DNA of 24,506 nt from an uncultured bacterium (GCA_913009925.1 CAJVWY010000001.1:1-24506), one strand, 5' to 3'. Positions 8,464-16,925 are shown, counted from the first letter of the stretch. Translations and numbers: made by a program. Notes: generated by a model from the sequence alone, not told the origin.

Positions 8464-9105
8464 TTAAGCTCCGCCGGCTTTCTTCAGGCATTCCAGCACC
8501 TCTTCATCGGATACCTGGGCGAAGTTGCGATAAAACTCGCCCACGGCGCCGAAATAGGAGGGGGCGGACCAGCATTCCACGCGGTCGGCGAGCTCCTTCA
8601 ATTTGTTGAGCACCCGGGGAGAGGCTACCGGCACCGCGCAGACGATGCTGTCAGCGCCGCTTTTACGTATGGACTGGAGCGCCGCCATCATGGTGTATCC
8701 GGTGGCCACACCATCGTCGACGACGATGATGGCCTTGCCCGACACGTCGGGAGCGCTCTCGGAGCCGCGATAAACCTGGTAACGCCGCTTGATCTCCTCC
8801 GTCTGAAGGTTGACCTCTTCCCGTATATAGCGGTCACTGATCTCATAAAGCCTGGCGGCGCTCTCGTCCAGAAGCAGGTTACCGTTGGAATCCACTGAGC
8901 CGATCGCCAGCTCCGGGTTGAACGGAGCGCTGATCTTGCGTGTCACCCAGACATCGAGAGGCAGCCCCAGGGCCAGCGACACCTCCATGGCGACTACTAC
9001 CCCGCCACGCGGCAGTCCCAGTACCAGTGTATTGTCGGCGCCGCTGAAGTCCGCCAACAGGGGCACCAACTGTCTTCCGGCGTCATTTCGGTCTTCAAAG
9101 AACAT
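8464..9105 (-). CDS. Type I phosphoribosyltransferase family protein, substrate unknown
   Basis: N-terminal FEDRNDAGRQL, LGLPRGGVVVA, RKISAPFNPELAIG, and PRPP-binding IIVVDDGVATGYT. Confidence 0.9.
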   Translation of the reverse strand: MFFEDRNDAGRQLVPLLADFSGADNTLVLGLPRGGVVVAMEVSLALGLPLDVWVTRKISAPFNPELAIGSVDSNGNLLLDESAARLYEISDRYIREEVNLQTEEIKRRYQVYRGSESAPDVSGKAIIVVDDGVATGYTMMAALQSIRKSGADSIVCAVPVASPRVLNKLKELADRVECWSAPSYFGAVGEFYRNFAQVSDEEVLECLKKAGGA

Positions 9106-9157
9106 TCCTGTCTCCCGGTCGCATGTTTATCCATCCACTCTATAACAGTCAAGTTCT

Positions 9158-9176
9158 GGAAACGGTTCCCGTTCCC
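9158..9176 (-). terminator. Hairpin just downstream of tsaD (possible terminator or processing site)
   Basis: Minus strand GGGAACGG-GAA-CCGTTTCC, an 8-bp stem with one G-U pair; no U-tract on this strand. Confidence 0.3.
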
Positions 9177-9190
9177 TTTTGCCTTTACAC

Positions 9191-10213
9191 CTATCGATGG
9201 TTCCCATCCCCGCCGTCGGGCAAACCCCCCGAGGCTGTGGCTCCCAGGGAAAGGTACGCGGGAAAGGACAGGGACGGCAGAAAGCGCGCGGCGCTGGCGA
9301 TCATGCCCGCATTGTCCGTACAGAGGTCGGGCGGCGGTATGCGCAGCGGTATCCCCTGCCCTTCGCAAGCGGCTGCCAGCCGGCGCCTCAGTTCCGAATT
9401 GGCGCTGACACCGCCGGACAGGCAGACCCGCCGGCAGCCCCGGGTCCTGGTAGCGGCCATCGTCTTTTTTACCAGGGCGTTGACCACAGCGGACTGATAG
9501 CTGGCGGCGATATGGGCGCGCGACCGCTTCACCTGTTCGGCGCCGGCGTCCCTGAGATAATAGTAAAGGGCGGTCTTGACTCCGCTGAAGCTAAAATCGA
9601 GATTATCGGGCCGGTCCAGTCCCACGGGGAAAGAGATGAAGCTGCTGTCTCCATCCGCGGCGAGCCGGTCCAGCTCAGCTCCCCCCGGATAGCTCAGGCC
9701 CAGCAGCCGCGCTCCCTTGTCCAGAGCCTCTCCGGCGGCATCGTCCAGGGTCCGCCCCAGTACCTGATGGGAACGGTGACCGGTGACATGGACCAGCGAT
9801 GTATGTCCGCCGGAAGCCACCAGACAGATGAAGGGCGGTGCGAAAGGGTCCGGCTCCAGGTAGTTGGCGGCGATATGCCCTTCCAGGTGGTTGACCGCCA
9901 CCAGCTCCTTTCCTGAGGCGTATGCCAGGGATTTGGCCGTGGCTACTCCCACCAGGAGCGCGCCGATGAGCCCGGGGCTGGTGGTGACGGCCACCAGTTT
10001 GATCCTGCCCAGGTCTACCGACGCGCCGCTGAGCGCCTCGGCCACTACGGAATTGACCAGGCGCAGGTGCTGCCTCGATGCAACTTCGGGAACCACCCCG
10101 CCGTAGCGGGCGTGGAACTCGTCCTGGGAGGAGACCACGTTGGACAGCAGTTTGCCGTCTTCCAGGACAGCGGCGCAGGTATCGTCACAGGATGTCTCGA
10201 TCGCCAGGATCAA
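9191..10213 (-). CDS. tsaD: tRNA N6-adenosine threonylcarbamoyltransferase
   Basis: Motifs LAIETSCDDT, YGGVVPEVASRQH, VNHLEGH, SGGHT, DDAAGEALDK, FSFSGVKT, CTDNAGMIA. TTG start at 10213 overlaps the rimI stop, with a GAGGA RBS. Confidence 0.97.
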   Translation of the reverse strand: MILAIETSCDDTCAAVLEDGKLLSNVVSSQDEFHARYGGVVPEVASRQHLRLVNSVVAEALSGASVDLGRIKLVAVTTSPGLIGALLVGVATAKSLAYASGKELVAVNHLEGHIAANYLEPDPFAPPFICLVASGGHTSLVHVTGHRSHQVLGRTLDDAAGEALDKGARLLGLSYPGGAELDRLAADGDSSFISFPVGLDRPDNLDFSFSGVKTALYYYLRDAGAEQVKRSRAHIAASYQSAVVNALVKKTMAATRTRGCRRVCLSGGVSANSELRRRLAAACEGQGIPLRIPPPDLCTDNAGMIASAARFLPSLSFPAYLSLGATASGGLPDGGDGNHR

Positions 10214-10668
10214 GCCAGCATGTCCTCGGAATCCCGCCACATGATGAGCGCGTCCTCACCGTTGTCGTTGTAATATCCCTTGCGGATACCGGAACAGATA
10301 AAACCGAAACTCTCGTACATCTTGATGGCGCCGCGGTTGGATTTCCTGACCTCCAGGCAATAGCCGCGATGAGGCTCGCGCCCGGAAAGGTCGAAGAAAT
10401 ATTCCAGCAGGTCGGTGGCGATGTAGTGCCTTTGGAAATCCTGGTGGACCGCCAGGTCCAGAATGTGCCATACGCCCACGAACTGGGTGACCACCAGGTA
10501 GCCGACGACCCGCTCGGGCTTTTTCGCCACCGCCACCAGGCAGATGCTGGCGTCGTTGGCCAGCTGGGAGATGAAAGCGTTGAGCGACCATGGCTTGGGG
10601 AAAGCCGTCTCCTCGATCTCGATCACCGCCTTGAGGTCGGACATGCGCATCCGCCTTATGTCAACCAT
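10210..10668 (-). CDS. rimI: RimI-family GNAT N-acetyltransferase
   Basis: IEETAFPKPWS, LEVRKSNRGAIKMYESFGF, RKGYYNDNGEDALIMW; canonical position between tsaB and tsaD. Confidence 0.93.
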   Translation of the reverse strand: MVDIRRMRMSDLKAVIEIEETAFPKPWSLNAFISQLANDASICLVAVAKKPERVVGYLVVTQFVGVWHILDLAVHQDFQRHYIATDLLEYFFDLSGREPHRGYCLEVRKSNRGAIKMYESFGFICSGIRKGYYNDNGEDALIMWRDSEDMLA

Positions 10669-11390
10669 GGCAGCCTCTTCCTCAGGAGGATGGTCCGGTC
10701 CGCGTCCGGCTCGCGAATATATACAGGCAGGGCGGTGTCCATGCCCTGGTGGTGCTCGGCTCCCCCAGGCCCGGTGAGCCTTATATGGCAGGAGGCGTTG
10801 ATGATGTTGCGCGGGTCGTCAGCCGCCAGCAGGCGCAACCGTCCGCCGACATCGTCCAGGCGTTGGTGGTATGCCAGGGCGCCGTCGCCCCCTGCCAGCA
10901 ACCGGCCCGTCACCTCCGTTGCCCACAGCCTGCCGATATGCTCAGGGCCGAGGCAGGCGATGTCGGAGGCGGGTTCCGGGATGTCGCCGTCACCCAGGCG
11001 GTACAGGCGCGTGAATACCTGGCCGCGCCGGGCGTCGATGAGCGGCAACAGTCCGTCCTCCCCCTCCGCCAGCGCCGGCGCCATTCTCAGGGCCAGCGCC
11101 TGGAGAGAGCTCGAGCCGGAGATGGGGATGTCCAGCGCCTGGGCCAGCGCCCGCCCGGTGGAGATACCCACCCTGAGCCCGCTGAAAGTACCCGGGCCGG
11201 TGCCGACGACGATATGGTCCACGTCCCTGATCCGGAGTGAGCAACGGCCCAGCAGGAGTTCGATCTCGGGCAGCAGAAGTTCCAGGTGCGCCCTGCCGGC
11301 CTTCATGCCGCCATCAGCCAGGATATGGTTACCCTCCCCCAGGGCGACGCTCAGGGTTTCCGTGGCGGTGTCAATGGCCAGTGTCGGCAA
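10656..11390 (-). CDS. tsaB: t6A biosynthesis protein TsaB
   Basis: Motifs LAIDTATE, H-E-LLPEI, GTGPGTFSGLRVG, IDARRGQVF. Confidence 0.95.
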   Translation of the reverse strand: MPTLAIDTATETLSVALGEGNHILADGGMKAGRAHLELLLPEIELLLGRCSLRIRDVDHIVVGTGPGTFSGLRVGISTGRALAQALDIPISGSSSLQALALRMAPALAEGEDGLLPLIDARRGQVFTRLYRLGDGDIPEPASDIACLGPEHIGRLWATEVTGRLLAGGDGALAYHQRLDDVGGRLRLLAADDPRNIINASCHIRLTGPGGAEHHQGMDTALPVYIREPDADRTILLRKRLPWLT

Positions 11391-11829
11391 ACGATTCCTC
11401 GATAACGGTTTTCAGATCGCCGCTGCCGGTGATGCTGATGGAGCGGCTGTTGCGTGAGACATGCCCCATATGGACCTCCACGTCGGGTCGGAACGAGCCT
11501 GCGAGCGGCTCCGGCCATTCCACAAAGGTTATGGCTTCAGGTTCGAAATAAGGCTCCAGGTCCGCGGCGTCATCGCGGCCGAAAGCGGACAGCCGGTACA
11601 GATCCAGGTGGTGCACGGTGACCTCCCCCTTATAGCTTTGCGCCAGAGTGAAACTGGGGCTGGTGACGGGCTCCCTCACCCCCAGCTCCCGGGCCGCGGC
11701 GCGGATGAAAAAAGTCTTGCCGGCGCCCAGCTGGCCGGAAAGGAAGACGATATCGCCTGGTGTGAGCCGGCGCGCCAGTCTGGCGGCGATGGCGGCGGTC
11801 TGTTCTTCGGAGCGGGAGATGGTTTGCAC
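11371..11829 (-). CDS. tsaE: t6A biosynthesis ATPase TsaE
   Basis: Walker A GQLGAGKT, VTSPSFTL, HLDLYRL, FVEWPE. Confidence 0.96.
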   Translation of the reverse strand: MQTISRSEEQTAAIAARLARRLTPGDIVFLSGQLGAGKTFFIRAAARELGVREPVTSPSFTLAQSYKGEVTVHHLDLYRLSAFGRDDAADLEPYFEPEAITFVEWPEPLAGSFRPDVEVHMGHVSRNSRSISITGSGDLKTVIEESFADTGH

Positions 11830-11834
11830 GGCCG

Positions 11835-12515
11835 CTAGAACAGGTCGAGTTGTTCCGGCTCGGATGGGGCCTCCGGGGCCGGTGGCGGCTGCTGCGACTC
11901 GTCCATGGCAGCACCAGGCGGGGGGCTATCCGCCTTACCGTCCAGAAGCTGTGGCAGATGATCGAAGTCCTCTTCCAGGATCCTCAGGTTGGCAGCGGTA
12001 TAAAGGGCGGCCGCCGGATGGAGCACGGGGAACAGGGTGATGCGGCCGCCGGAGCCGGGCAAGGGCTGCGGCACCCCATGAACCCGGGTGATGCCGTCGG
12101 GCTTGCCGCTTAGAAGCTTGGTGGAAAAATTGCCCAGGGTGCATATGACCAGGGGCTCGATGATGGCGATCTGCCGTTCCAGGTAGACGCGGCATTCATC
12201 GATCTCCTCCAGCAGCGGGTCGCGGTTCCCCGGGGGACGGCATTTGAGGACATTGGCGATGTAGACATCGCCACGGGTCAGCCCGATGCGTCCCAGCAGC
12301 TTTTCCAGCAGCTTTCCCGCCTGCCCTACGAAAGGTTGTCCCTGCTGATCCTCGTGATAACCGGGCGCTTCGCCGACGAACATGAGCAGTGCATCGGGAT
12401 TGCCTGAGCCGAACACGATATTGGTACGGCTCCGGGAAAGGGCGCAGCGCCGGCACTGCCCCACCTCGGCACGCAACTCTTCCAGCGCTGTCTTGCTGTC
12501 CCCCACCTCAGCCAC
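11835..12515 (-). CDS. Family-4 (4Fe-4S type) uracil-DNA glycosylase with Pro-rich tail ending QLDLF
   Basis: CRRC, VFGSG, FVGEAPG, PFVGQAG, NVLKCRPPGNRDP, HPAAAL. Start GTG at 12515 or 12506, coupled to the upstream small gene's stop. Confidence 0.93.
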   Translation of the reverse strand: MAEVGDSKTALEELRAEVGQCRRCALSRSRTNIVFGSGNPDALLMFVGEAPGYHEDQQGQPFVGQAGKLLEKLLGRIGLTRGDVYIANVLKCRPPGNRDPLLEEIDECRVYLERQIAIIEPLVICTLGNFSTKLLSGKPDGITRVHGVPQPLPGSGGRITLFPVLHPAAALYTAANLRILEEDFDHLPQLLDGKADSPPPGAAMDESQQPPPAPEAPSEPEQLDLF

Positions 12516-12732
12516 AGGATGAACAGGACGATTTGGAGCAGGAACCGCAGCTGTCGGCACCGGCGCTGGCAGGGGTGTTACCGGAATCGGACTTGAAAGA
12601 AAAGCTGGAGATGATCCTCTCCACATCATGAGAGTCGCAGTGACAGCAGGCGATCCCGTCACTTTCGCTGGCGCGGACCAGCTCTTCGAAACGCTTGCCG
12701 CATGATTTGCATGTAAATTCGTAGATAGGCAT
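12508..12732 (-). CDS. FmdB-family zinc ribbon protein with extra Cys-rich tail
   Basis: MPIYEFTCKSCGKRFEELV...CCHCDS...CGSCSKSSCSSCG; GAGGGGG RBS. Confidence 0.88.
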   Translation of the reverse strand: MPIYEFTCKSCGKRFEELVRASESDGIACCHCDSHDVERIISSFSFKSDSGNTPASAGADSCGSCSKSSCSSCG

Positions 12733-12754
12733 GTGCTGGTTCCCCCTCGGGAAA

Positions 12755-12806
12755 ACTCTAAATTAAGCAAAACAGCTTTGCAAGACATCGCCGCCGCTGC
12801 TATCCT
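12755..12806. promoter_or_regulatory. Candidate bidirectional promoter with a shared palindromic -35 (TTGCAA)
   Basis: TTGCAA at 12778-12783. Plus strand: N17 then TG-c-TATCCT (12801-12806). Minus strand: N17 then TAGAGT (12760-12755). Confidence 0.55.
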
Positions 12807-12948
12807 CATAATCTCCAGTATATATGTATGCAGCCGGGAGGCAATGACCGTTTTACGGTTGCCGGCGCCGATGTCTGGTATCCCCCGGGGAACTGGAACG
12901 GAGGTAGAGAACCTGTCTGTTCAAGCTGATGACATCCGCAGTCAAAGC

Positions 12949-13800
12949 GTGGTGGTAGCCCGCTACATCCGTGACGCGCGCCGGCTGGTGGAGGCGGCCA
13001 GGGCCGCTGGCGCCACCGTAGGGCTGGTGCCCACCATGGGGTTCTTCCACGAAGGCCATCTGAGCCTGATGCGCGCGGCCCGCGACGAATGCGGCTACTC
13101 GGTCGTCAGCATCTTCGTAAACCCCACCCAGTTCGGCGACGGTGAAGACCTGGGGTCATATCCGCGCGATATGGAGCATGACCTGGAGCTGGCAGCCGCT
13201 GAAGGCATGGACCTGGTATTCGCCCCGTCCGCAGCCGAGATGTACGGCGGCGGTCAGGGAACCATGGTGGAGCCGGGCCGGGTGGCGGCAGGACTTTGTG
13301 GCCGCTCTCGCCCCGGGCATTTCCGTGGCGTGGCCACAGTGGTCGCCAAGCTGTTCAACATCATCGGGCCCGATGCGGCCTATTTCGGGCAGAAGGACGC
13401 GCAACAGGCGGCGGTGGTCAGGGCGATGGCGGACGACCTGGACTTCCATACGCGGATCAGGGTCATGCCCACCGTGCGCGAGCCGGACGGGCTGGCCATG
13501 AGCTCCCGCAACAGTTATCTTTCCACGGACGAACGGCGGCAGGCGGCCGTGCTTTACCAGGCTCTCACCCGGGTCCGCCAGGCGGCGCTAGCCGGTGAGT
13601 GTAGCGCGTCGGCCCTGGTCCAGTCGCTGGAGCGGGAAATCGGCGAGCAGCCGGCGGTGGAGCTGGAATACGCCCAGGTGGTCGATCCGGACACCATGCA
13701 GCCGGTGGCACAACTGGGGAAGCGGGCGCTGGCTGTAGTGGCGGCCCGCGTGGGACCGGCGCGGCTGATAGACAATATATTAATCAAGAGGCGGGATTAG
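12949..13800 (+). CDS. panC: Pantoate--beta-alanine ligase
   Basis: VPTMGFFHEGHLSL, SIFVNPTQF, RPGHFRGVATVVAKLFNI, YFGQKDAQQ, REPDGLAMSSRN, RLIDN. Start uncertain (GTG 12949; ATG 12871 or 12844 possible). Confidence 0.95.
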   Translation: MVVARYIRDARRLVEAARAAGATVGLVPTMGFFHEGHLSLMRAARDECGYSVVSIFVNPTQFGDGEDLGSYPRDMEHDLELAAAEGMDLVFAPSAAEMYGGGQGTMVEPGRVAAGLCGRSRPGHFRGVATVVAKLFNIIGPDAAYFGQKDAQQAAVVRAMADDLDFHTRIRVMPTVREPDGLAMSSRNSYLSTDERRQAAVLYQALTRVRQAALAGECSASALVQSLEREIGEQPAVELEYAQVVDPDTMQPVAQLGKRALAVVAARVGPARLIDNILIKRRD

Positions 13801-13801
13801 G

Positions 13802-14206
13802 ATGAGACGCACCATGATGAAGAGCAAGATCCACCGGGCCACGGTGACGGCTGCCAGTATCGACTACCAGGGCAGTATCACCGTGGATTCCAACCTTCTT
13901 AAGGCGGCGGACATCCGACAATATGAGCAGGTACATGTATTCGACATCACCAATGGCGCCCGCCTGGTCACTTACGCCATTCCCGGAGACGAAGGCGAGG
14001 TCTGCGTGAACGGCGCCGCCGCCCGGAAGGTGGATGTGGGTGACATGGTGATCATTCTCTCCTTCGGCGCTTACTCGCCGGCGGAGCTTACCGGTTTCCA
14101 GCCGCGCATAGTCAAGGTCGACAACCGCAACCGCATCACCGGGCACATGCTGCCGGACAGCGACGTATCCGGGGCGCGGACGGGGCAGGTGAACGCCAAT
14201 GAGTAG
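13802..14206 (+). CDS. panD: Aspartate 1-decarboxylase
   Basis: MMKSKIHRATVT, self-cleavage site G-S in YQGSITVD, TYAI, VNGAAAR. Confidence 0.97.
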   Translation: MRRTMMKSKIHRATVTAASIDYQGSITVDSNLLKAADIRQYEQVHVFDITNGARLVTYAIPGDEGEVCVNGAAARKVDVGDMVIILSFGAYSPAELTGFQPRIVKVDNRNRITGHMLPDSDVSGARTGQVNANE

Positions 14207-14657
14207 GGAGAAGGAGACGGGGCCGGCGGTGACTCCGGTTTCCGTATACAGCATTGAACTGGAATTCGCCATGGAACAGGAGCTGGATATCCGCGACATC
14301 ACCGGTGAGTTTACCGCCGCCATCAGGGATTCGGGCCTGAAGGATGGTACCGCCACCGTCTTCGTGCCCGGCGCCACCGGCGCCGTCACCTGTCTGGAAT
14401 ACGAGCCGGGGGTCATAGCCGATTTTCAGGCGGCTATTGAGAGGATTGCACCCCGCGACATGCACTACCAGCACAATGTCAACCTGTCCGACGGCAACGG
14501 CCACGGCCATGTACGGGCGGGGCTGCTGGGTCCATCCCTGTCCATTCCCTTTGCCGGTGGTGAGCCCGTACTGGGTGTATGGCAGCAGGTGGCGTTGGTG
14601 AACTTTGACAACCGCAGCCGTTCCCGCCGGGTAGTCATACAGGCGGTCGGCGCCTGA
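14199..14657 (+). CDS. YjbQ/UPF0047 family protein (secondary thiamine-phosphate synthase-like)
   Basis: VFVPGATGAV, YQHN...NGHGHVRAGLLGPS, LGVWQQV; overlaps the panD stop by 8 bp. Confidence 0.9.
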   Translation: MSREKETGPAVTPVSVYSIELEFAMEQELDIRDITGEFTAAIRDSGLKDGTATVFVPGATGAVTCLEYEPGVIADFQAAIERIAPRDMHYQHNVNLSDGNGHGHVRAGLLGPSLSIPFAGGEPVLGVWQQVALVNFDNRSRSRRVVIQAVGA

Positions 14658-14677
14658 GCGCCCGCCCGGGAGAGACC

Positions 14678-15964
14678 TTGTCCCCGATCCTGCAGATAGC
14701 CCTGGACTTTCTGGATCTTCCCCGCGCCCTGGCGGTGGCCGAAGAGGCCATCAGGGGTGGCGTGGACTGGGTCGAGGCGGGCACCCCCCTGATAAAGAGC
14801 GAAGGGCTGGACTCGGTACGCCGGATGAAGCAGCGCTGGCCGGACAGGGTTATCGTCGCCGACCTGAAGACCATGGACGCCGGACGATTCGAGATGGAAT
14901 CCGCCGCCAAGGCCGGGGCCGGGATCGCCGGCGTGCTGGGGGCCGCCGCCGACGCCACCATCAGTGAATGTATCGAGGTAGCAGGAAACTACGGCCTGAA
15001 AGTTGTTGTGGACATGATTGAAGTGCCGGATCCGGTGGAAAGGGCAAGGCAGGTGGAGGCTATGGGGGCAGACTACATCGGTATCCACACGGCAATCGAC
15101 CAGCAGATGCAGGGCAAGGCCCCTCTGGAGACCCTGGAGCTGGTAAAGGCGGCGGTGGAGATGCCGGTGGCCGTTGCCGGGGGCATCAATTCGGAAACAG
15201 CCGCTGACGCCGTGAATGCCGGAGCGGATATCGTTATCGTAGGCGGGGCCATCATCAAGGCGGCCGACGCCGAGGCGGCGGCGCGCCGGATAAGGCAGGC
15301 AATGGATACCGGGACCGCCATCAACACCAGGCTTTATAAAAGGGCCACCGGCGCCGGTATCCGGTCCGTCCTGGAAATGGTCTCAACCGCTAACATCTCC
15401 GATGCCATGCATCGCAGCGGTGACATTTCCGGCGTCACCCCGGTTTTCCCCGGCCTGAGAATGGCGGGGCCGGCCGTGACCGTGCGCACCTCTCCGGGGG
15501 ACTGGGCCAAGCCGGTGGAGGCTATCGATCAGGCCGGCGAGGGTGATGTGGTGGTCATCGACGCCGGTGGCGCCGGACCGGCGGTATGGGGCGAACTGGC
15601 GACCCACAGCTCTCGAAAGAGGGGCCTGGCGGGTGTAGTAGTCCATGGAGCAGTCAGGGACGTGGCTGATATCAGGGATATGCAATTCCCGGTGTTCGCG
15701 GGAGAGATCACGCCGACGGCGGGCGAGCCCAAGGGGTTCGGCGAGATAGGCGTGCCGGTCACCATCTCCCGGGTAAGGATCCATCCTGGCGACTGGATGG
15801 TAGGTGATGACGACGGCGTCGTAGTCATTCCCGGAGGCAGGGCCGCCGAGGTGGCCAACCGCGCCATGGATGTGATGGAACGGGAGAACCGTCTCAGGAG
15901 GGAGATCGAGGACGGGAGCACTCTTAGCCAGGTGGCCTATCTGCAGAAATGGGAGAAAACCTGA
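14678..15964 (+). CDS. Fusion of 3-hexulose-6-phosphate synthase-like (OMPDC/HPS barrel) and RraA/HMG-aldolase-like domains
   Basis: N-terminal LQIALD, EAGTPLI, ADLKTMDAG (DxKxxD), YIGIHTAID, VAVAGGIN. C-terminal STANISDAM, AGPAVTV, AVWGEL, GAVRD, PGDWMVGDDDGVVVIP. TTG start after GGGAGAG. Confidence 0.9.
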   Translation: MSPILQIALDFLDLPRALAVAEEAIRGGVDWVEAGTPLIKSEGLDSVRRMKQRWPDRVIVADLKTMDAGRFEMESAAKAGAGIAGVLGAAADATISECIEVAGNYGLKVVVDMIEVPDPVERARQVEAMGADYIGIHTAIDQQMQGKAPLETLELVKAAVEMPVAVAGGINSETAADAVNAGADIVIVGGAIIKAADAEAAARRIRQAMDTGTAINTRLYKRATGAGIRSVLEMVSTANISDAMHRSGDISGVTPVFPGLRMAGPAVTVRTSPGDWAKPVEAIDQAGEGDVVVIDAGGAGPAVWGELATHSSRKRGLAGVVVHGAVRDVADIRDMQFPVFAGEITPTAGEPKGFGEIGVPVTISRVRIHPGDWMVGDDDGVVVIPGGRAAEVANRAMDVMERENRLRREIEDGSTLSQVAYLQKWEKT

Positions 15965-15972
15965 CCGGGGGA

Positions 15973-16221
15973 TCAGGAGCCGCCGTCGTGGTCACGCGAA
16001 CTCTCGATGCTGATGACACGGTGTAGCCTGGTGCGTACCTCACCCGGCATCACTTTCGGGGGCAGGGAATGATAGAGGGTTACGGTCTTGCGCAGGGTGT
16101 TCACTACGATGCGACAGTTCTGGCAATGGTCCAGATGTCTCTGGATCTCGTTGCAGGTACTCGTGGACAGGTCCTCGTCGATGAACTCCGATAAGGCTTC
16201 GAAGATTTCCCGGCAGTTCAC
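15973..16221 (-). CDS. Soluble zinc-binding anti-sigma factor (zf-HC2/ZAS)
   Basis: C3-x25-H29-x3-C33-x2-C36 (HLDHCQNC). No hydrophobic segment. GTG start overlaps the sigma stop (GTGA). Confidence 0.9.
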   Translation of the reverse strand: MNCREIFEALSEFIDEDLSTSTCNEIQRHLDHCQNCRIVVNTLRKTVTLYHSLPPKVMPGEVRTRLHRVISIESSRDHDGGS

Positions 16222-16829
16222 TGTGCCACCCCTTCCTCGCTGAAGTATCCGGAGAGTTCGTTGCGCAGGTATACACGAGCCCGGTGCAGCCGGGATTTCA
16301 CAGCCGCTTTGGAGAGGTCCAGGACATCCGCCACCTCTGCGGTGGACAACTCCTCTATATCTCGGAGGACGAATACCGCCCGGTAGATCTCGGGCATCTC
16401 TTCTATCGCCTGGTTCATGATCTGCATCGCTTCATCGTCGAGCAGTTCCCTGACCGGGTTGTTTGACCAATCGGAGAGTTTCTCGCCGGACCGGGCGGCC
16501 TGCTGGACAGCGTAGACATTATCAAGGAACTCATCCTCGCCCTTCACCTTCCTGCCCTGTTTCCTCAACCGGGTCAGGGCGGTGTTGGCCGCTATCCGGT
16601 ACAGCCAGGTTGAGAAACTGGATCTTCCCTGAAAACGGTCCAGGGCACGGATGACGTTGATGAAGGTATCCTGGAGCACATCCTCGGCGTCCTCACGGCT
16701 CCCCACCATACGGTAGGCAAGATTATAAACCCTGTCCTCATACCTTGATATCAGTTCCTCGAGCAACCCGGTCTCTCCGGCATTGATACGCTCGATCAAC
16801 TGGTTATCGGTAGGAACTGTTTTTCCCAT
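16218..16829 (-). CDS. ECF RNA polymerase sigma-70 factor
   Basis: Region 2 DAEDVLQDTF...FSTWLYRIAAN and region 4 VFVLRDIEELSTAEVADVL...AVKSRLHRAR; no region 3. Confidence 0.94.
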   Translation of the reverse strand: MGKTVPTDNQLIERINAGETGLLEELISRYEDRVYNLAYRMVGSREDAEDVLQDTFINVIRALDRFQGRSSFSTWLYRIAANTALTRLRKQGRKVKGEDEFLDNVYAVQQAARSGEKLSDWSNNPVRELLDDEAMQIMNQAIEEMPEIYRAVFVLRDIEELSTAEVADVLDLSKAAVKSRLHRARVYLRNELSGYFSEEGVAQ

Positions 16830-16832
16830 TTG

Positions 16833-16861
16833 TTAGACTATTGCCCATGTTAAAGGATTCA
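16833..16861 (-). promoter_or_regulatory. Putative ECF-type promoter in front of the sigma gene
   Basis: Minus strand TGAATCCTTT (16861-16852), N13, GTCTAA (16838-16833). The -35 part overlaps palindrome AAGGAT-tc-ATCCTT (16853-16866). Confidence 0.5.
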
Positions 16862-16896
16862 TCCTTCCGAGAACTTTATCATTCTGGAGAGGAAAT

Positions 16897-16925
16897 TGAA
16901 TCCTTTTCCAGAGAGCGGCATCAAA
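16897..16925 (+). promoter_or_regulatory. Putative ECF-type promoter for the zinc ribbon-ferredoxin-trxA operon
   Basis: TGAATCCTTT (16897-16906), N13, ATCAAA (16920-16925): the same 10-mer and spacing as the minus-strand copy. Confidence 0.55.

Noticed and set aside
10078-11457. 459-aa plus-strand ORF
   Set aside because: Antisense shadow of rimI/tsaB/tsaE in GC-rich DNA, with no recognisable motifs.
12516-12809. UDG frame open across the whole zinc-ribbon gene
   Set aside because: The overlapped gene has a clear FmdB-type pattern and its own RBS; the extension shows no UDG-like features.
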